Source: a bacterium (GTDB lineage: Bacteria > 4484-113). From it: DNA of 64,000 bases. Shown here piece by piece: positions 27,805 to 37,173 of this stretch (the first letter of the stretch is position 1; each line of letters starts with the position of its first letter). A model generated the notes under the pieces. The model was not told the DNA's origin. It saw nothing but the letters and a program-made list of their open reading frames with translations, and did no database searches. The stretch is from the NCBI GenBank assembly GCA_021163765.1, contig JAGGTK010000099.1:16089-80088 (forward strand), given 5' to 3'. Position numbers and translations under genes: made by a program.

Positions 27805-28467
27805 CTAGGCGTGGAACCTGCGGCGGCTACCGTGTACGCGCGCGGCAAACAACACCGGGTCCTTCGCCTGGAAGAAGCCTTTGCCCGCGACTACCATATC
27901 GACTCCGAGCTGGCGCAGTGACTCGAGGTTCTCCTCGCACACCCCGCCGTCAACTTCAATGGTGAACATCAGCTCCCGGTCTTCGCGGTACGTGTGGAGC
28001 TTTTCTATCTTGTGGAACATCGTCTGGATGAGTTTCTGGCCGGCGAAGCCGGGGTCAACCGTCATCAGTAATACGTTATCCAGCAATGGCAGGATGTCCT
28101 CGATCTCTGTCAGCGGGGTCTGGGGATTGAGGGCGACGCTGGCCAGCATTCCGTGCTCCTGTATCCTGTGCATCAGGCGAGGGGCGGCCTTAATTGTTTC
28201 AATGTGGAAAGAGATTATCTCAACACCGAGTTCACTCAGCAGGTCGATGTAGTCGCCGGGGTTGGAAACCATGAGGTGCACGTCAAAAGGGATCTTTGTT
28301 AGATTGCGTGCGAGGGAGATAAGCGGCGGGCCGAATGTGAGATTAGGGACGAAGTGACCGTCCATTACATCAAAGTGCACGTATTCGCATCGTGCGTTCT
28401 CGATGAGCTTGAAAGCCTGCGCGAGGTTGGTGAAGTCCGCGGCTAGGATGGAGGGTGCAAGTCTCAA
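27805..28467 (-). CDS. rpe: ribulose-phosphate 3-epimerase
   Basis: APSILAADF...HFDVMDGHFVPNLTFG...VDGGV. Confidence 0.9.
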   Translation of the reverse strand: MRLAPSILAADFTNLAQAFKLIENARCEYVHFDVMDGHFVPNLTFGPPLISLARNLTKIPFDVHLMVSNPGDYIDLLSELGVEIISFHIETIKAAPRLMHRIQEHGMLASVALNPQTPLTEIEDILPLLDNVLLMTVDPGFAGQKLIQTMFHKIEKLHTYREDRELMFTIEVDGGVCEENLESLRQLGVDMVVAGKGFFQAKDPVLFAARVHGSRRRFHA

Positions 28468-29453
28468 ATCGTGTCCTCCCTTATAAGCGTGCCGTTAAAA
28501 TACACCATTATGCTTGCCCTGCCCTGGACAACGAGTATTTGCTCGACCGTTTCGCCTGCTTCAACTTCATCGCGGTACACTACAGCCTGACCCAGCTCGT
28601 CGTGCGCCACGAGCTTCAGCTCGCCGCCGGGCAGGCCGGAGGGCAGGCGAAATTTAAAGCGGAAGCGGTGGACAGCGCCTTCTGCAAGCTCACGTGGCAC
28701 ACTGACAGTTAGGTCCACTCCAGCGCCAAATCGAGCGGATGTCCCGGCTTCCAGGGATTGCGAGATTACTTCCCCTGGTTCGCCCTGTGGTGAAGCTATG
28801 TATGCCACGTTTCGGACTGCAAGGTTGGAGTTGCGCAGCAGTCTTTCGGCCACATAGAGGGGCCGGCCCACTACCTGAGGGACAGGGATGGCATAGTCGG
28901 CGTCGGTGCAGGCGACAGTGAGGTCCACTCTCACCGGAGAGTTAAACATCTTCCCAGGCTCTGGATTCTGCTTGACTACCACGCCCTGTCTGCGCTTCTT
29001 TAAGTAGACCTTCTGGACTGTTCCGACAGAGAGCTTCGACAGACTGAGTTTCTTCTGGGCATCCGCCAGCGTACTGCCGACAAGGTCGGGTACTTTCAGG
29101 CTTTGCTTGCCCAGACTGCGTACAACCCCAACTACTCTGCCCTCCCGCACCCTGGAGCCGCTGGGAGGTTGCTGCCTTAGGACGACGCCTGCGGGCTGTT
29201 CGTCAGAGAACGTGGAGTCCACCACCCGGAGGCCCAGGTTGAGTTCGTTTAAAGCGCGCTCAGCGTCTTCCACCGTCATTGAGAGCACGGAGGGAACTGT
29301 GACTTCCTGTGCTGCACCGGAGCCGCAGGAGCGCACGAAAACAACGGCTAGAACTACGATGACGCCAAGCGCCAGGAGGAAAAGCGTGACAAGAAAGCCA
29401 CCTAGAAGCCTGGTGGCTCTGCGGCGACGGTCGGTGTTGCGTTTGCTCATCAT
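28464..29453 (-). CDS. PASTA-domain membrane protein without a kinase or PBP domain
   Basis: Start at the internal Met (MMSKRNTDRRRR + TM helix). Three PASTA-like repeats begin VTVPSVL.., LKVPDLVG.. and IPVPQVVG.., each ~65 aa, followed by a short C-terminal domain. The stop overlaps the rpe start. Confidence 0.75.
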   Translation of the reverse strand: MMSKRNTDRRRRATRLLGGFLVTLFLLALGVIVVLAVVFVRSCGSGAAQEVTVPSVLSMTVEDAERALNELNLGLRVVDSTFSDEQPAGVVLRQQPPSGSRVREGRVVGVVRSLGKQSLKVPDLVGSTLADAQKKLSLSKLSVGTVQKVYLKKRRQGVVVKQNPEPGKMFNSPVRVDLTVACTDADYAIPVPQVVGRPLYVAERLLRNSNLAVRNVAYIASPQGEPGEVISQSLEAGTSARFGAGVDLTVSVPRELAEGAVHRFRFKFRLPSGLPGGELKLVAHDELGQAVVYRDEVEAGETVEQILVVQGRASIMVYFNGTLIREDTI

Positions 29454-29557
29454 CTGCGTGGTTTTCGATGCGGTGACTATTATACCGTAAGGATGTGAGG
29501 GAGCTTCAGTTACGCGGGGTTTGGCAGGCAAATGCCAAAGGGTATATACTCTGTGGG

Positions 29558-30739
29558 ATGAAAGGGTTTGTTGCCAGGGTTTTCTCCGCTCTGCTGGGCG
29601 GGCTTGTGGGGTTTGCGATCGCGCTCTACTCCTCCAGCCTGTTCGAGCCGCCGGTCCGAGCGTGGGAAGGGATACTGCGAGATTACGCGACTTCAATTCC
29701 CCCGGTATTCCTGGAAGGTGAAGGTGTTACTGACTTTCTGAAGTCCCTGGATAGATTCAACGGCTACGTGATCATAGCCTTTGTAGTGCTGGGCTACTTG
29801 ATGACGCCGTTTGTCGAGATAGGCCTCACGGCGCTGAGTGGTTTGGTGCAGAAGTTGCTTGCGGGGGTCACCCGCCAGCGTTTCATCGCAGGCGCGGTCG
29901 GCTTTCTGGGTGGAGTGCTGGTATCGTTCTTCCTGCTGAATGTTCCGCTTTTCTTCTACCTTAACAGCCTGTCAAAAGGTTTCTGGAATTCCGAGTTCGT
30001 GATTGTGTTGTTAAACGCGTTGGTGCTAATAAGCTTCGGTTACATCGGCGGTTTCATTACGACGAACATCTTTTACCCAACAAGCAGCCGTGAGTCGATC
30101 CTCTCGCTTTACGAAGTGGAAGCGAAGCCCAGGATACTGGACACTTCAGTGATAATAGACGGCCGCATTACAGAGATTGTGCGCAGTGGATTCGTCCCCG
30201 GGCTGCTTGTTGTCCCGAATTCCGTAATAAGAGAAATGCAATTGATAGCGGATTCTTCAGACCAGATAAAGCGGAACAAGGGGCGGCGGGGACTGGAGAT
30301 CCTCAAGAACCTCCAGGAGAGTGCGGCGAACCCGGTGCATATCTACGATGACAGCAAGTACGACCACGACCACGTAGCGGTCGACGAAAGACTAATACTG
30401 ATTGCAGACGAACTGGGCGGTGAAGTTGTTACAAACGACTACAATCTCAACCGCGTTGCAGGCATAAGAGACATCAGGGTCCTGAACATCAACGAGTTAG
30501 CTAATGCGGTGAAGCCGATGGTCATACCCGGCGAGACGCTGGTGGTCAGCGTGATCCGCGAGGGCAAAGAAACGGGACAGGGCGTGGGTTATCTAGATGA
30601 TGGCACGATGGTTGTCGTTGAACAGGGGATGCGCCATATCGGTAGCGTGTGTGAAGTGGAAGTGACTTCAATTATGCAGACTGTGGCCGGAAGGTTGATT
30701 TTTGGGCGGGTCCGCAAAGTGCTGAAAAGCCAGGTGTGA
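29558..30739 (+). CDS. PIN/TRAM-domain membrane protein, YacL-like
   Basis: N-terminal TM helices, then ILDTSVIIDGRI...TNDYNLNRVA (PIN) and a C-terminal TRAM-like GETLVVSVIREGKE..GVGYLDDGTMVVVE. It sits upstream of ispD-ispF, as yacL does in Bacillus. Confidence 0.75.
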   Translation: MKGFVARVFSALLGGLVGFAIALYSSSLFEPPVRAWEGILRDYATSIPPVFLEGEGVTDFLKSLDRFNGYVIIAFVVLGYLMTPFVEIGLTALSGLVQKLLAGVTRQRFIAGAVGFLGGVLVSFFLLNVPLFFYLNSLSKGFWNSEFVIVLLNALVLISFGYIGGFITTNIFYPTSSRESILSLYEVEAKPRILDTSVIIDGRITEIVRSGFVPGLLVVPNSVIREMQLIADSSDQIKRNKGRRGLEILKNLQESAANPVHIYDDSKYDHDHVAVDERLILIADELGGEVVTNDYNLNRVAGIRDIRVLNINELANAVKPMVIPGETLVVSVIREGKETGQGVGYLDDGTMVVVEQGMRHIGSVCEVEVTSIMQTVAGRLIFGRVRKVLKSQV

Positions 30740-30742
30740 TCA

Positions 30743-31465
30743 GTGGATAGTCAGCGAAGAGAGTGCGGGGTCAGCGTGATTCTTCTCGCCGGCGGCAGCG
30801 GCAGGCGCTTTGGCACGACCGTTCCGAAACTCCTTGCGAGCGTGAAGAGCAAACCGCTTATTGCATATCCCATAGAAATTGCGCTATCGCTGGAATTCGT
30901 GGATGAACTCGTGGTTGTGTGCCATCCCGGCATAAGAAGGCGAACGGACGAAATAGTCTCCGATATAAAAAGAGCGCCCGCGGGGTCGGTGGATAAGGTT
31001 TTGATCTGTGACGGGGGCGACAGCCGGGCCGCATCGGTTGAGGCCGGCCTGATGCACGCCTCCGGGCGGTGCGTGATGATACACGATGGCGACCGTCCTC
31101 TTGCGACGGCAGGGCTGTATCGTAGGGTCCTAGACGCGCTTAGGCCGGGTACCGGCGTGGTGCCGGCGATGAGGCCAGCGGACTCGGTTATTCAGGAGGA
31201 TCAGGCAGGACCCTCGATTGGCTACCTGCCACGACATAAAATGCTGCTGGCACAAACCCCCCAGGCGTTTTTCACCGAAGAATACCGCGCGGCACGCAAG
31301 GGAGTGCAGTCGCGCGGCGAGCAGCACACTGATGACGGAAGCGTTTTCGCTGCAAACGGCGGCAGTCTGGTGACCGTACCGGGCGAACAAAGCAACGTTA
31401 AAGTGACGTTCCCCGTGGACATACGCGTCGTTGAATTTTACCTGGATGCGATGAAGGATGAGTAG
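30743..31465 (+). CDS. ispD: 2-C-methyl-D-erythritol 4-phosphate cytidylyltransferase
   Basis: VILLAGGSGRRFG..PK...HDGDRP...TPQAF. The start may be a downstream GTG. Confidence 0.85.
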   Translation: MDSQRRECGVSVILLAGGSGRRFGTTVPKLLASVKSKPLIAYPIEIALSLEFVDELVVVCHPGIRRRTDEIVSDIKRAPAGSVDKVLICDGGDSRAASVEAGLMHASGRCVMIHDGDRPLATAGLYRRVLDALRPGTGVVPAMRPADSVIQEDQAGPSIGYLPRHKMLLAQTPQAFFTEEYRAARKGVQSRGEQHTDDGSVFAANGGSLVTVPGEQSNVKVTFPVDIRVVEFYLDAMKDE

Positions 31466-32444
31466 ACGGGTACGAAGGCGAATTGGCACCGGGTTCGATA
31501 TTCACCGCACAAAGCGGGGTGCGCCGCTGATGCTGGGTGGCGTGAATATCGAGTGTGATTTCGGGCTGGTCTCGGAGACCGACGGTGACGTAGTCCTGCA
31601 CGCGCTGGCGGACGCGGCCCTGGCGGCTGCTGGCGAACCCGATATCGGAATACTCTTTCCCGCCAAGGACCCGCGCCATGCAGGAATGGCCAGCAGCGAA
31701 CTCGTGGCGGCTGTTATGGTGAGAGTAACAGAACGGGGACTGGAGCTGGAACAGGTGGACGTGACGATACTTGCGGATCTGCCGCCGCTGTCCGGGCATT
31801 ATGGCGCTATGCGAGAAAAGATAGGTGAATTAACAGGGCTATCCAGGGAAGATGTATCGGTTAAGGCTCGCACCTGCGAGGGGCTGGGCGATATCGGAGC
31901 CGGTAAGGCGATTGCAGCCACAGTCATCGTGATGGGTGTCATTGTTGATGTGGAGGCTGGCTTGAGCGACTCGGACAGTAATGATGTGTTTGACGGCAAG
32001 TTCCCTCTGGAACACGTGGGCGAGATACCGCAAGGGGCAGTGGTCGTGAACGTTGACGGCGGCAGCAGAGGCAATCCCGGTCCCGCCGCAGCCGCGGCGG
32101 TTTGCCGCAATGCAAGCGGTGAAGAGCTGTTCTCGGATGCTAGATATCTGGGCAAGACGACCAATAACGTTGCAGAATACGAAGGAGTAAGGCTTGGTCT
32201 TTCGTTGCTCTCGGAACGGAACCTTCAAGATACGGAAATCGTGATATGCCTTGATTCTAGTCTAGTCTTCAATCAGCTTATAGGCAGGTATCGCATCAAG
32301 GATGCACGGCTGAGAGAGCTGGCGCGTAAGGCGCTAGGCGAACTTAAGCCGTTCACCAAATTGAGCCTGAAGCTGATTCCCCGTGAGGAAAACGATGTGG
32401 CTGACAGGGCAGCGAATCGCCTGCTTGACAACTATTCTAAGTAA
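31458..32444 (+). CDS. ispF: 2-C-methyl-D-erythritol 2,4-cyclodiphosphate synthase fused to a type-1 RNase H domain
   Basis: Residues ~7-165 read RIGTGFDIHR...TDGDVVLHAL...DIG.LFP...VDVTI (IspF). Residues ~197-325 read VNVDGGSRGNPGPAA...NNVAEYEG...CLDSSLV...NDVADRAAN (a complete RNase H DEDD set). It is a single uninterrupted ORF. Confidence 0.8.
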   Translation: MSRRVRRRIGTGFDIHRTKRGAPLMLGGVNIECDFGLVSETDGDVVLHALADAALAAAGEPDIGILFPAKDPRHAGMASSELVAAVMVRVTERGLELEQVDVTILADLPPLSGHYGAMREKIGELTGLSREDVSVKARTCEGLGDIGAGKAIAATVIVMGVIVDVEAGLSDSDSNDVFDGKFPLEHVGEIPQGAVVVNVDGGSRGNPGPAAAAAVCRNASGEELFSDARYLGKTTNNVAEYEGVRLGLSLLSERNLQDTEIVICLDSSLVFNQLIGRYRIKDARLRELARKALGELKPFTKLSLKLIPREENDVADRAANRLLDNYSK

Positions 32445-32680
32445 TCACGGGTTACCGTGAGGTTGTCATGCAGGGCTATCGCCTCGGGGTCACCAATGTT
32501 CCTGGCGATAGCTTTTCGCACCGACCTCAGCCGACGGCCCAGGCTTCGTGGCGTTACACCGATCATCCGGGCCAGGTCACGGCGGGACAGCCCCGTTAGG
32601 TAGACGGCTTCAAACAGAGCGAAGTCCTTTATTGAGTGCCGCAGATGTTCGAGGAGCCGCGCGAAATCAGGATGATACAA
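32432..32680 (-). CDS. small HTH protein resembling sigma-70 region 4
   Basis: 82 aa. LTGLSRRDLARMIGVTPRSLGRRLRSVRKAIARN. Divergent from the LexA-like gene. Confidence 0.4.
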   Translation of the reverse strand: MYHPDFARLLEHLRHSIKDFALFEAVYLTGLSRRDLARMIGVTPRSLGRRLRSVRKAIARNIGDPEAIALHDNLTVTRDYLE

Positions 32681-32744
32681 GGCAGTACACCTCCTGCGCC
32701 GCCGAAGGCCCGGTCGACGTTGTAGAGAGAAAACAGGACCAGAC

Positions 32745-32771
32745 TTGACAAACGGCGCACATCATTATAAC
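32745..32771 (+). promoter_or_regulatory. candidate promoter of the LexA-like gene
   Basis: TTGACA (32745-32750), a 15-nt spacer, then TATAAC (32766-32771). Flanked by the inverted copies ACGTTGTAG (32717-32725) and CTACAACCGT (32777-32786). Confidence 0.3.
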
Positions 32772-32803
32772 ATACCCTACAACCGTATAGTAACAGGTGC
32801 CAT

Positions 32804-33580
32804 ATGGACCTCAAAAGCATTGTGCGAAGGGGGCGGTTGGAACTGGGGTTGTCCGCTCGAGCGCTCGCGCAGACTATTGGCGTGTCGCATTCTTACATCT
32901 CGCAAATCGAAAGAGGCGTAATCAAACGTCCGTCGCCAATGGTCCTAAAGCGGCTTGCCGAAACACTCAAGGTAGTGCCGTATTGGGAGTTTCTGAGAGC
33001 GTGCGGTTACACGTACGGAACAGAGGGTGAAGAACGAGGGGAGAGCGCCATAGAATCGGTTGAGAGGCTTGGGGATAAAAGGAGACATACGCTAGCCAAA
33101 CGCCTGTGGGAGGTGGCGGCTGAGCTTGGCCATACTGACGCCATGCCTCCAGTCGCAGGCGCGAGTGCATATAGGCGGGTACCTGTGTTTACCACGATAC
33201 CGGCGTCGTTCGGTGCAGGATCACAGGCTGTCGTTCTTGAATACGACGAGGTTGAGACCACTAGAATCCACGAAAGCAAGCTGAATGGCGACAAGGAAGC
33301 GTTCGCGTTGCGAGTAAAAGGCGACTCTATGGTCGAGGCAGGGATTCTGGAGGGTGACCTGGTCGTTGTGAGTCCGAATACGCCGCACAGGAGCGGTGAT
33401 ATCTGCGTAGTGCGGATCAGTGGCGGCGAACACAGCATCAAGCGGATTGTGCTGCAGGATGATATGGTAATTTTGCAGCCGTGCAACAGCAACTACGAGC
33501 CAGTAGTGATTGAAGAAGGCAGCAAAGATGACCTGCATATATACGGCAAAGTCGTTCACGTAGAGCGCTCATTTCTCTAG
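32804..33580 (+). CDS. XRE-HTH / S24 peptidase repressor (LexA- or CI-like)
   Basis: An N-terminal HTH_3 (LSARALAQTIGVSHSYISQIERG) and a C-terminal S24 domain with VKGDSMVEAGI and a downstream IKRIV lysine. Confidence 0.75.
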   Translation: MDLKSIVRRGRLELGLSARALAQTIGVSHSYISQIERGVIKRPSPMVLKRLAETLKVVPYWEFLRACGYTYGTEGEERGESAIESVERLGDKRRHTLAKRLWEVAAELGHTDAMPPVAGASAYRRVPVFTTIPASFGAGSQAVVLEYDEVETTRIHESKLNGDKEAFALRVKGDSMVEAGILEGDLVVVSPNTPHRSGDICVVRISGGEHSIKRIVLQDDMVILQPCNSNYEPVVIEEGSKDDLHIYGKVVHVERSFL

Positions 33581-33630
33581 GCGGCGCAGGATGGTATCAT
33601 TGCCCTATGCCGCAGGCAAAAGAGTTTGTG

Positions 33631-34077
33631 ATGCGCCCCATAGGCCACGTTAGAAGCCCGCACGGCAAGCACACTGATGTGCCGAAGGGGCTGGGGGCCA
33701 GGCACGTGGCTGAAGGTAAAATTGTCGTAGAGCCGGAATATGAGCTGGGGCTGACGGATATAGAAGGAATGTCGCACCTGTATGTCATCTGGGTTTTCAG
33801 CGAAGCTAAGGGCTTCTCGCTGCAGGCGCGCCCGCCTTCAAGTAGCAGGCCGCACGGCGTGTTCGTAACACGGTCTCCGCGGCGCCCGAACCCGATAGGG
33901 CTAACTGTGGTAAAGCTGATTGCCCGGGAGGGTAACGTATTACATGTCAGCGGCGTGGACATGCTAGATCGGACACCGGTTCTGGACATCAAGCCTTACC
34001 TGTCCAGCGTGCCTTCTGAAGAACTGCGACGCGGCTGGCTGGATGAGGAGGAGGCGCGACAGGGGAGCGCGGAATGA
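33631..34077 (+). CDS. trmO: tRNA (N6-threonylcarbamoyladenosine(37)-N6)-methyltransferase TrmO (TsaA/YaeB family)
   Basis: MRPIGHVRSP...GMSHLYVIWVF...RSPRRPNPIGLT...GVDMLDRTPVLDIKPY. The track start at 33607 is also possible. Confidence 0.8.
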   Translation: MRPIGHVRSPHGKHTDVPKGLGARHVAEGKIVVEPEYELGLTDIEGMSHLYVIWVFSEAKGFSLQARPPSSSRPHGVFVTRSPRRPNPIGLTVVKLIAREGNVLHVSGVDMLDRTPVLDIKPYLSSVPSEELRRGWLDEEEARQGSAE

Positions 34078-34138
34078 ATGTTCCACGTGGAACAATCCGG
34101 CACTGCGAAAGGCTGCCTGGACGGCAAAGGAGCTGGCA

Positions 34139-35317
34139 ATGAAGCTAAGTAAACGGGTCACTGAGCAACCACCTTATCTATTTGCCGAGATCGACCGCGC
34201 ACGTGACAGGGCTATCGAACGGGGCCTGGATGTGGTATCGATGGGGATTGCCGACCCCGACCTGCCCCCGCCCGATTGGATGTACGAGCTGCTGGCCGAG
34301 GAAATCCGCCATCCGGGCTATCACCGGTATCCTGACTACAAGGGCTTGCCGGAATTTCTAAGTATGGTGGTTCAGTGGATGCAGGAGCGTTTTGGAGTGG
34401 CAGACCTGGATCCGCGCACGGACGTTATAACGCTACTTGGTGGCAAGGAGGGAGTGGCACACGCGGCCTGGGCGCTGTGTGACCCGGGCGACATAGCGCT
34501 GATTCCTGAACCGGCCTACCCCGTTTACAACACTAATTGCCTTTACGCTGGAGCTGAAGTTCACTTCATGGGGCTGACGCGGGAGAACGATTTCCTGCCC
34601 GATCTGGGTGCGGTGCCGGAGGATGTGGCGCGACGGGCAACGGTCATCTACGTAAACTACCCGAACAATCCGACCGGTGCGAGTGCTCCGCCCGAGTTCT
34701 ACAGAGACCTTCTGGATTTCGCGCGCAAGTACGATATAGCTGTGCTGGCGGATAATCCCTACTCTGAGGTTTACTTCGACGAAAGCAAGCGTCCCCACAG
34801 CATACTGGAGTTCGCTGGCGCCAAGGACATATGCTTGGAGTTCCACAGCTTCAGCAAGATGTTCAACATGACAGGTTGGCGAATCGGCTGGGCCGCAGGG
34901 AACCCGAGGCTCGTGAAGGCGTTGCTTACGGTGAAGAGCAATGTGGATTCCGGCCAGTTCAATGCCATCCAGCATGCAGTGGCCAGGGCGCTGAGTCATC
35001 CCGATCGCGACGCATTCCTGGAGGGTAACCGCAAACGCATCAAGGCACGTCGGGATTATGTTGCTTCTGCGCTTAATGAAATGGGCATCTGGCATCCGAA
35101 TCCCAAGGCGACACTGTATTTCTGGTGTCGCCTGCCGGAGGGACACGAGGATAGCATCCGATTCGCTGGTGACCTCCTACAACAGGAGGGCTTTGTTATC
35201 GGACCGGGCGTTGCCTACGGGCCTCATGGCAAGGAATACTTCCGGCTTTCGCTCACTACGCCGGATGAAGACATCCGGGAGGGGCTTGCCAGGCTAAAGC
35301 GGTTTCTGGGTAAATAG
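34139..35317 (+). CDS. class I/II pyridoxal-phosphate aminotransferase, LL-diaminopimelate aminotransferase-like
   Basis: Start at the ATG after AAAGGAG. PPYLFAEID...MGIADPDLPPP...YPNNPTG...SFSKMFNMTGWRIGW (PLP lysine). Confidence 0.7.
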   Translation: MKLSKRVTEQPPYLFAEIDRARDRAIERGLDVVSMGIADPDLPPPDWMYELLAEEIRHPGYHRYPDYKGLPEFLSMVVQWMQERFGVADLDPRTDVITLLGGKEGVAHAAWALCDPGDIALIPEPAYPVYNTNCLYAGAEVHFMGLTRENDFLPDLGAVPEDVARRATVIYVNYPNNPTGASAPPEFYRDLLDFARKYDIAVLADNPYSEVYFDESKRPHSILEFAGAKDICLEFHSFSKMFNMTGWRIGWAAGNPRLVKALLTVKSNVDSGQFNAIQHAVARALSHPDRDAFLEGNRKRIKARRDYVASALNEMGIWHPNPKATLYFWCRLPEGHEDSIRFAGDLLQQEGFVIGPGVAYGPHGKEYFRLSLTTPDEDIREGLARLKRFLGK

Positions 35318-35320
35318 GGA

Positions 35321-36259
35321 CTACATAGCTAGAAGGCGCGAAACTCGTTCCTCAATAGGAGGGTGGGTTGAGAACAGGTTCGTCAGCCAACTGCTGCGCT
35401 TCGGCTTCTTCAGAGGGTCATCAATGAACATATGCGCGGTTGCTTTGGATGCCCTGGCAACAGGCACTGGTGCCGCGGAGATCTTCTGAAGAGCCTTGGC
35501 GAGGCCCTCTGGATACCTGGTTAGCCTGGCTGATGTTGCGTCAGCGAGGAACTCCCGTTTGCGCGAGACTGCAAGCTGGATGAGCTGGGCTGCAATAGGG
35601 GCGAGAACGAGGAAGATTATGGCGATAGCCAGCATAACCAGCACCGCGGCGCCGCCACCGCCACCACCGCCGCCGCGCCTGCGTCCCCCGCCAAAATACC
35701 ACATCCAGCGCCAGAAGAAATGGCTGATCAGTATGACGGTGCCTACTAGCACGCTTATTAGCGTGGCCAGCAGGATGTCGTAGTTGAGAATGTGACCCAT
35801 CTCGTGGGCCAGCACACCTTCAAGCTCGTCGTTCTTGAGGATATCTATCAATCCGGTGGTCACAACGATAGCGGAATGGGATGGATTCCTGCCAGTAGCG
35901 AAGGCGTTCGGAGAGGGGTCATCCATAACGTAGAGCCTGGGGATCACAGGAAGTCCGGCTGCGAGCTGGAGCCCCTCAACCATGTCGTAAAGGCGCTTGT
36001 GTTGGACAGGGTCGGCCGGGCGTGCCCCGACTGAAGAGATAACAATCCTGTCCGAGTAGTAGTAACTTCCCCAGCTCGATAGCAGCGTAAACGCAAGGGC
36101 GCCAATGAGAAAGTAAGTCGCGATATCAGGATTGTCGTAATGGTAGCTGAAGAACCAGCCGAGTAGGTAAATCAGGACAGTAAAGAACACGACGAACCCG
36201 ATAACGAGAACCCATGTCCGGTTAATGTTACTGCGTATTTGATCCTCAAACATAGCCAA
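35321..36259 (-). CDS. htpX: M48 family zinc protease HtpX
   Basis: LAHEMGHILN, TM helices and a C-terminal ..STHPPIEERV. Contains an unusual GGGRRRGGGGGGG insert. Confidence 0.85.
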   Translation of the reverse strand: MAMFEDQIRSNINRTWVLVIGFVVFFTVLIYLLGWFFSYHYDNPDIATYFLIGALAFTLLSSWGSYYYSDRIVISSVGARPADPVQHKRLYDMVEGLQLAAGLPVIPRLYVMDDPSPNAFATGRNPSHSAIVVTTGLIDILKNDELEGVLAHEMGHILNYDILLATLISVLVGTVILISHFFWRWMWYFGGGRRRGGGGGGGGAAVLVMLAIAIIFLVLAPIAAQLIQLAVSRKREFLADATSARLTRYPEGLAKALQKISAAPVPVARASKATAHMFIDDPLKKPKRSSWLTNLFSTHPPIEERVSRLLAM

Positions 36260-36362
36260 TGCCCGAATAGAAGCTTAGGTGATTCTAGCAAGATTCTCCA
36301 GTGTATGTTGTGGAAGGTGCCACTTTGAGGTAAATTAGATAAGCAACACGGGGTGGAACACA

Positions 36363-36896
36363 TTGGAAGTAATACCAGGCAGGTTAACAATTCGAAAGGG
36401 CGACATATCACAATCCAAGACACAAGCTGTTGTTAACGCGGCTAATACAGAGTTGTGGATGGGTTCCGGGGTAGCGGGAGCGCTGAAGGAGCGTGGGGGA
36501 GATGCCATTGAGCGGGAGGCGATGGCTCAAGCCCCCATAAGGCCCGGTGGCAGCGTTATGACGCAAGGGGGCGAGCTGTACTCGGACTATGTGATTCATG
36601 TAGCCACGATGGAAGTGGGAGAGCCAGCCACCCAGAGGAGCGTCAGGATGGGCACGATGGGAGCTCTGGCGCTGGCGAAGGACAATGGTGTTGATACCAT
36701 TGCGTTCCCAGCTCTGGGTACCGGAGTCGGCGGGATTTCACTCGAGGAATGCGCCCACGCGATGCTGCCTGTTATATCGCGATGGCTAAGAGAAAATGAG
36801 CTGCCAGGCATGGTAGACGTATTGCTTTTTAGCGATGATGACCTGAACGCATTCCTGAAAGTATGGGAAGAGCTGAAGCTGGAAGGGGAGCTGTAG
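36363..36896 (+). CDS. macro-domain protein (ADP-ribose binding/hydrolase family)
   Basis: GDISQSKTQAVVNAANTELWMGSGVAGAL...IAFPALGTGVGG. TTG start. Confidence 0.8.
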   Translation: MEVIPGRLTIRKGDISQSKTQAVVNAANTELWMGSGVAGALKERGGDAIEREAMAQAPIRPGGSVMTQGGELYSDYVIHVATMEVGEPATQRSVRMGTMGALALAKDNGVDTIAFPALGTGVGGISLEECAHAMLPVISRWLRENELPGMVDVLLFSDDDLNAFLKVWEELKLEGEL

Positions 36897-37173
36897 GACG
36901 CGCCTGGCGAGTAGCTTGCGGTGTTTCGCTGAACTAAGAGCGCCTGAAAGTGAAGTGCACGAGGGCCCAAGTATCTCCAAGCAAGCATGATACATCGGGG
37001 CAGCTAGATTACGCGGCATTACTACACTGCTGTTACGGATGGCTGATGGGAATCGGCTTATTTCGATGCTATGAAACTATCTTATTGACATTCATTTTGA
37101 ACGACTATAAGCGAACTAAAGTTTTGCCCAGGCAACATTAGCGAAACGATATCGGCACATTGCTTTAGTTAGA

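Noticed and set aside
27795-27812. A shared TAGGACGCGCCT 12-mer (then AGGCG or GGCG) at the stop codons of two unrelated plus-strand genes (27795 and 36894). The first includes the 10-bp palindrome CGCCTAGGCG.
   Set aside because: Exact 12-mer coincidences are expected many times over by chance in 64 kb (on the order of a hundred pairs). I saw no further copies and no flanking structure, so it is not treated as a repeat element.
35640-35700. A GC-only run encoding GGGRRRGGGGGGG inside htpX.
   Set aside because: It is in frame inside a clearly intact M48 protease, between TM segments. It is most simply a low-complexity loop insertion. It shows no repeat-unit structure suggestive of phase variation.
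36950-37141. A 63-aa track ORF in the spacer between the macro-domain and Fic genes.
   Set aside because: It has no Shine-Dalgarno, an odd Cys/Leu/Tyr-rich composition, and lies in AT-rich promoter-like DNA. It is probably non-coding.
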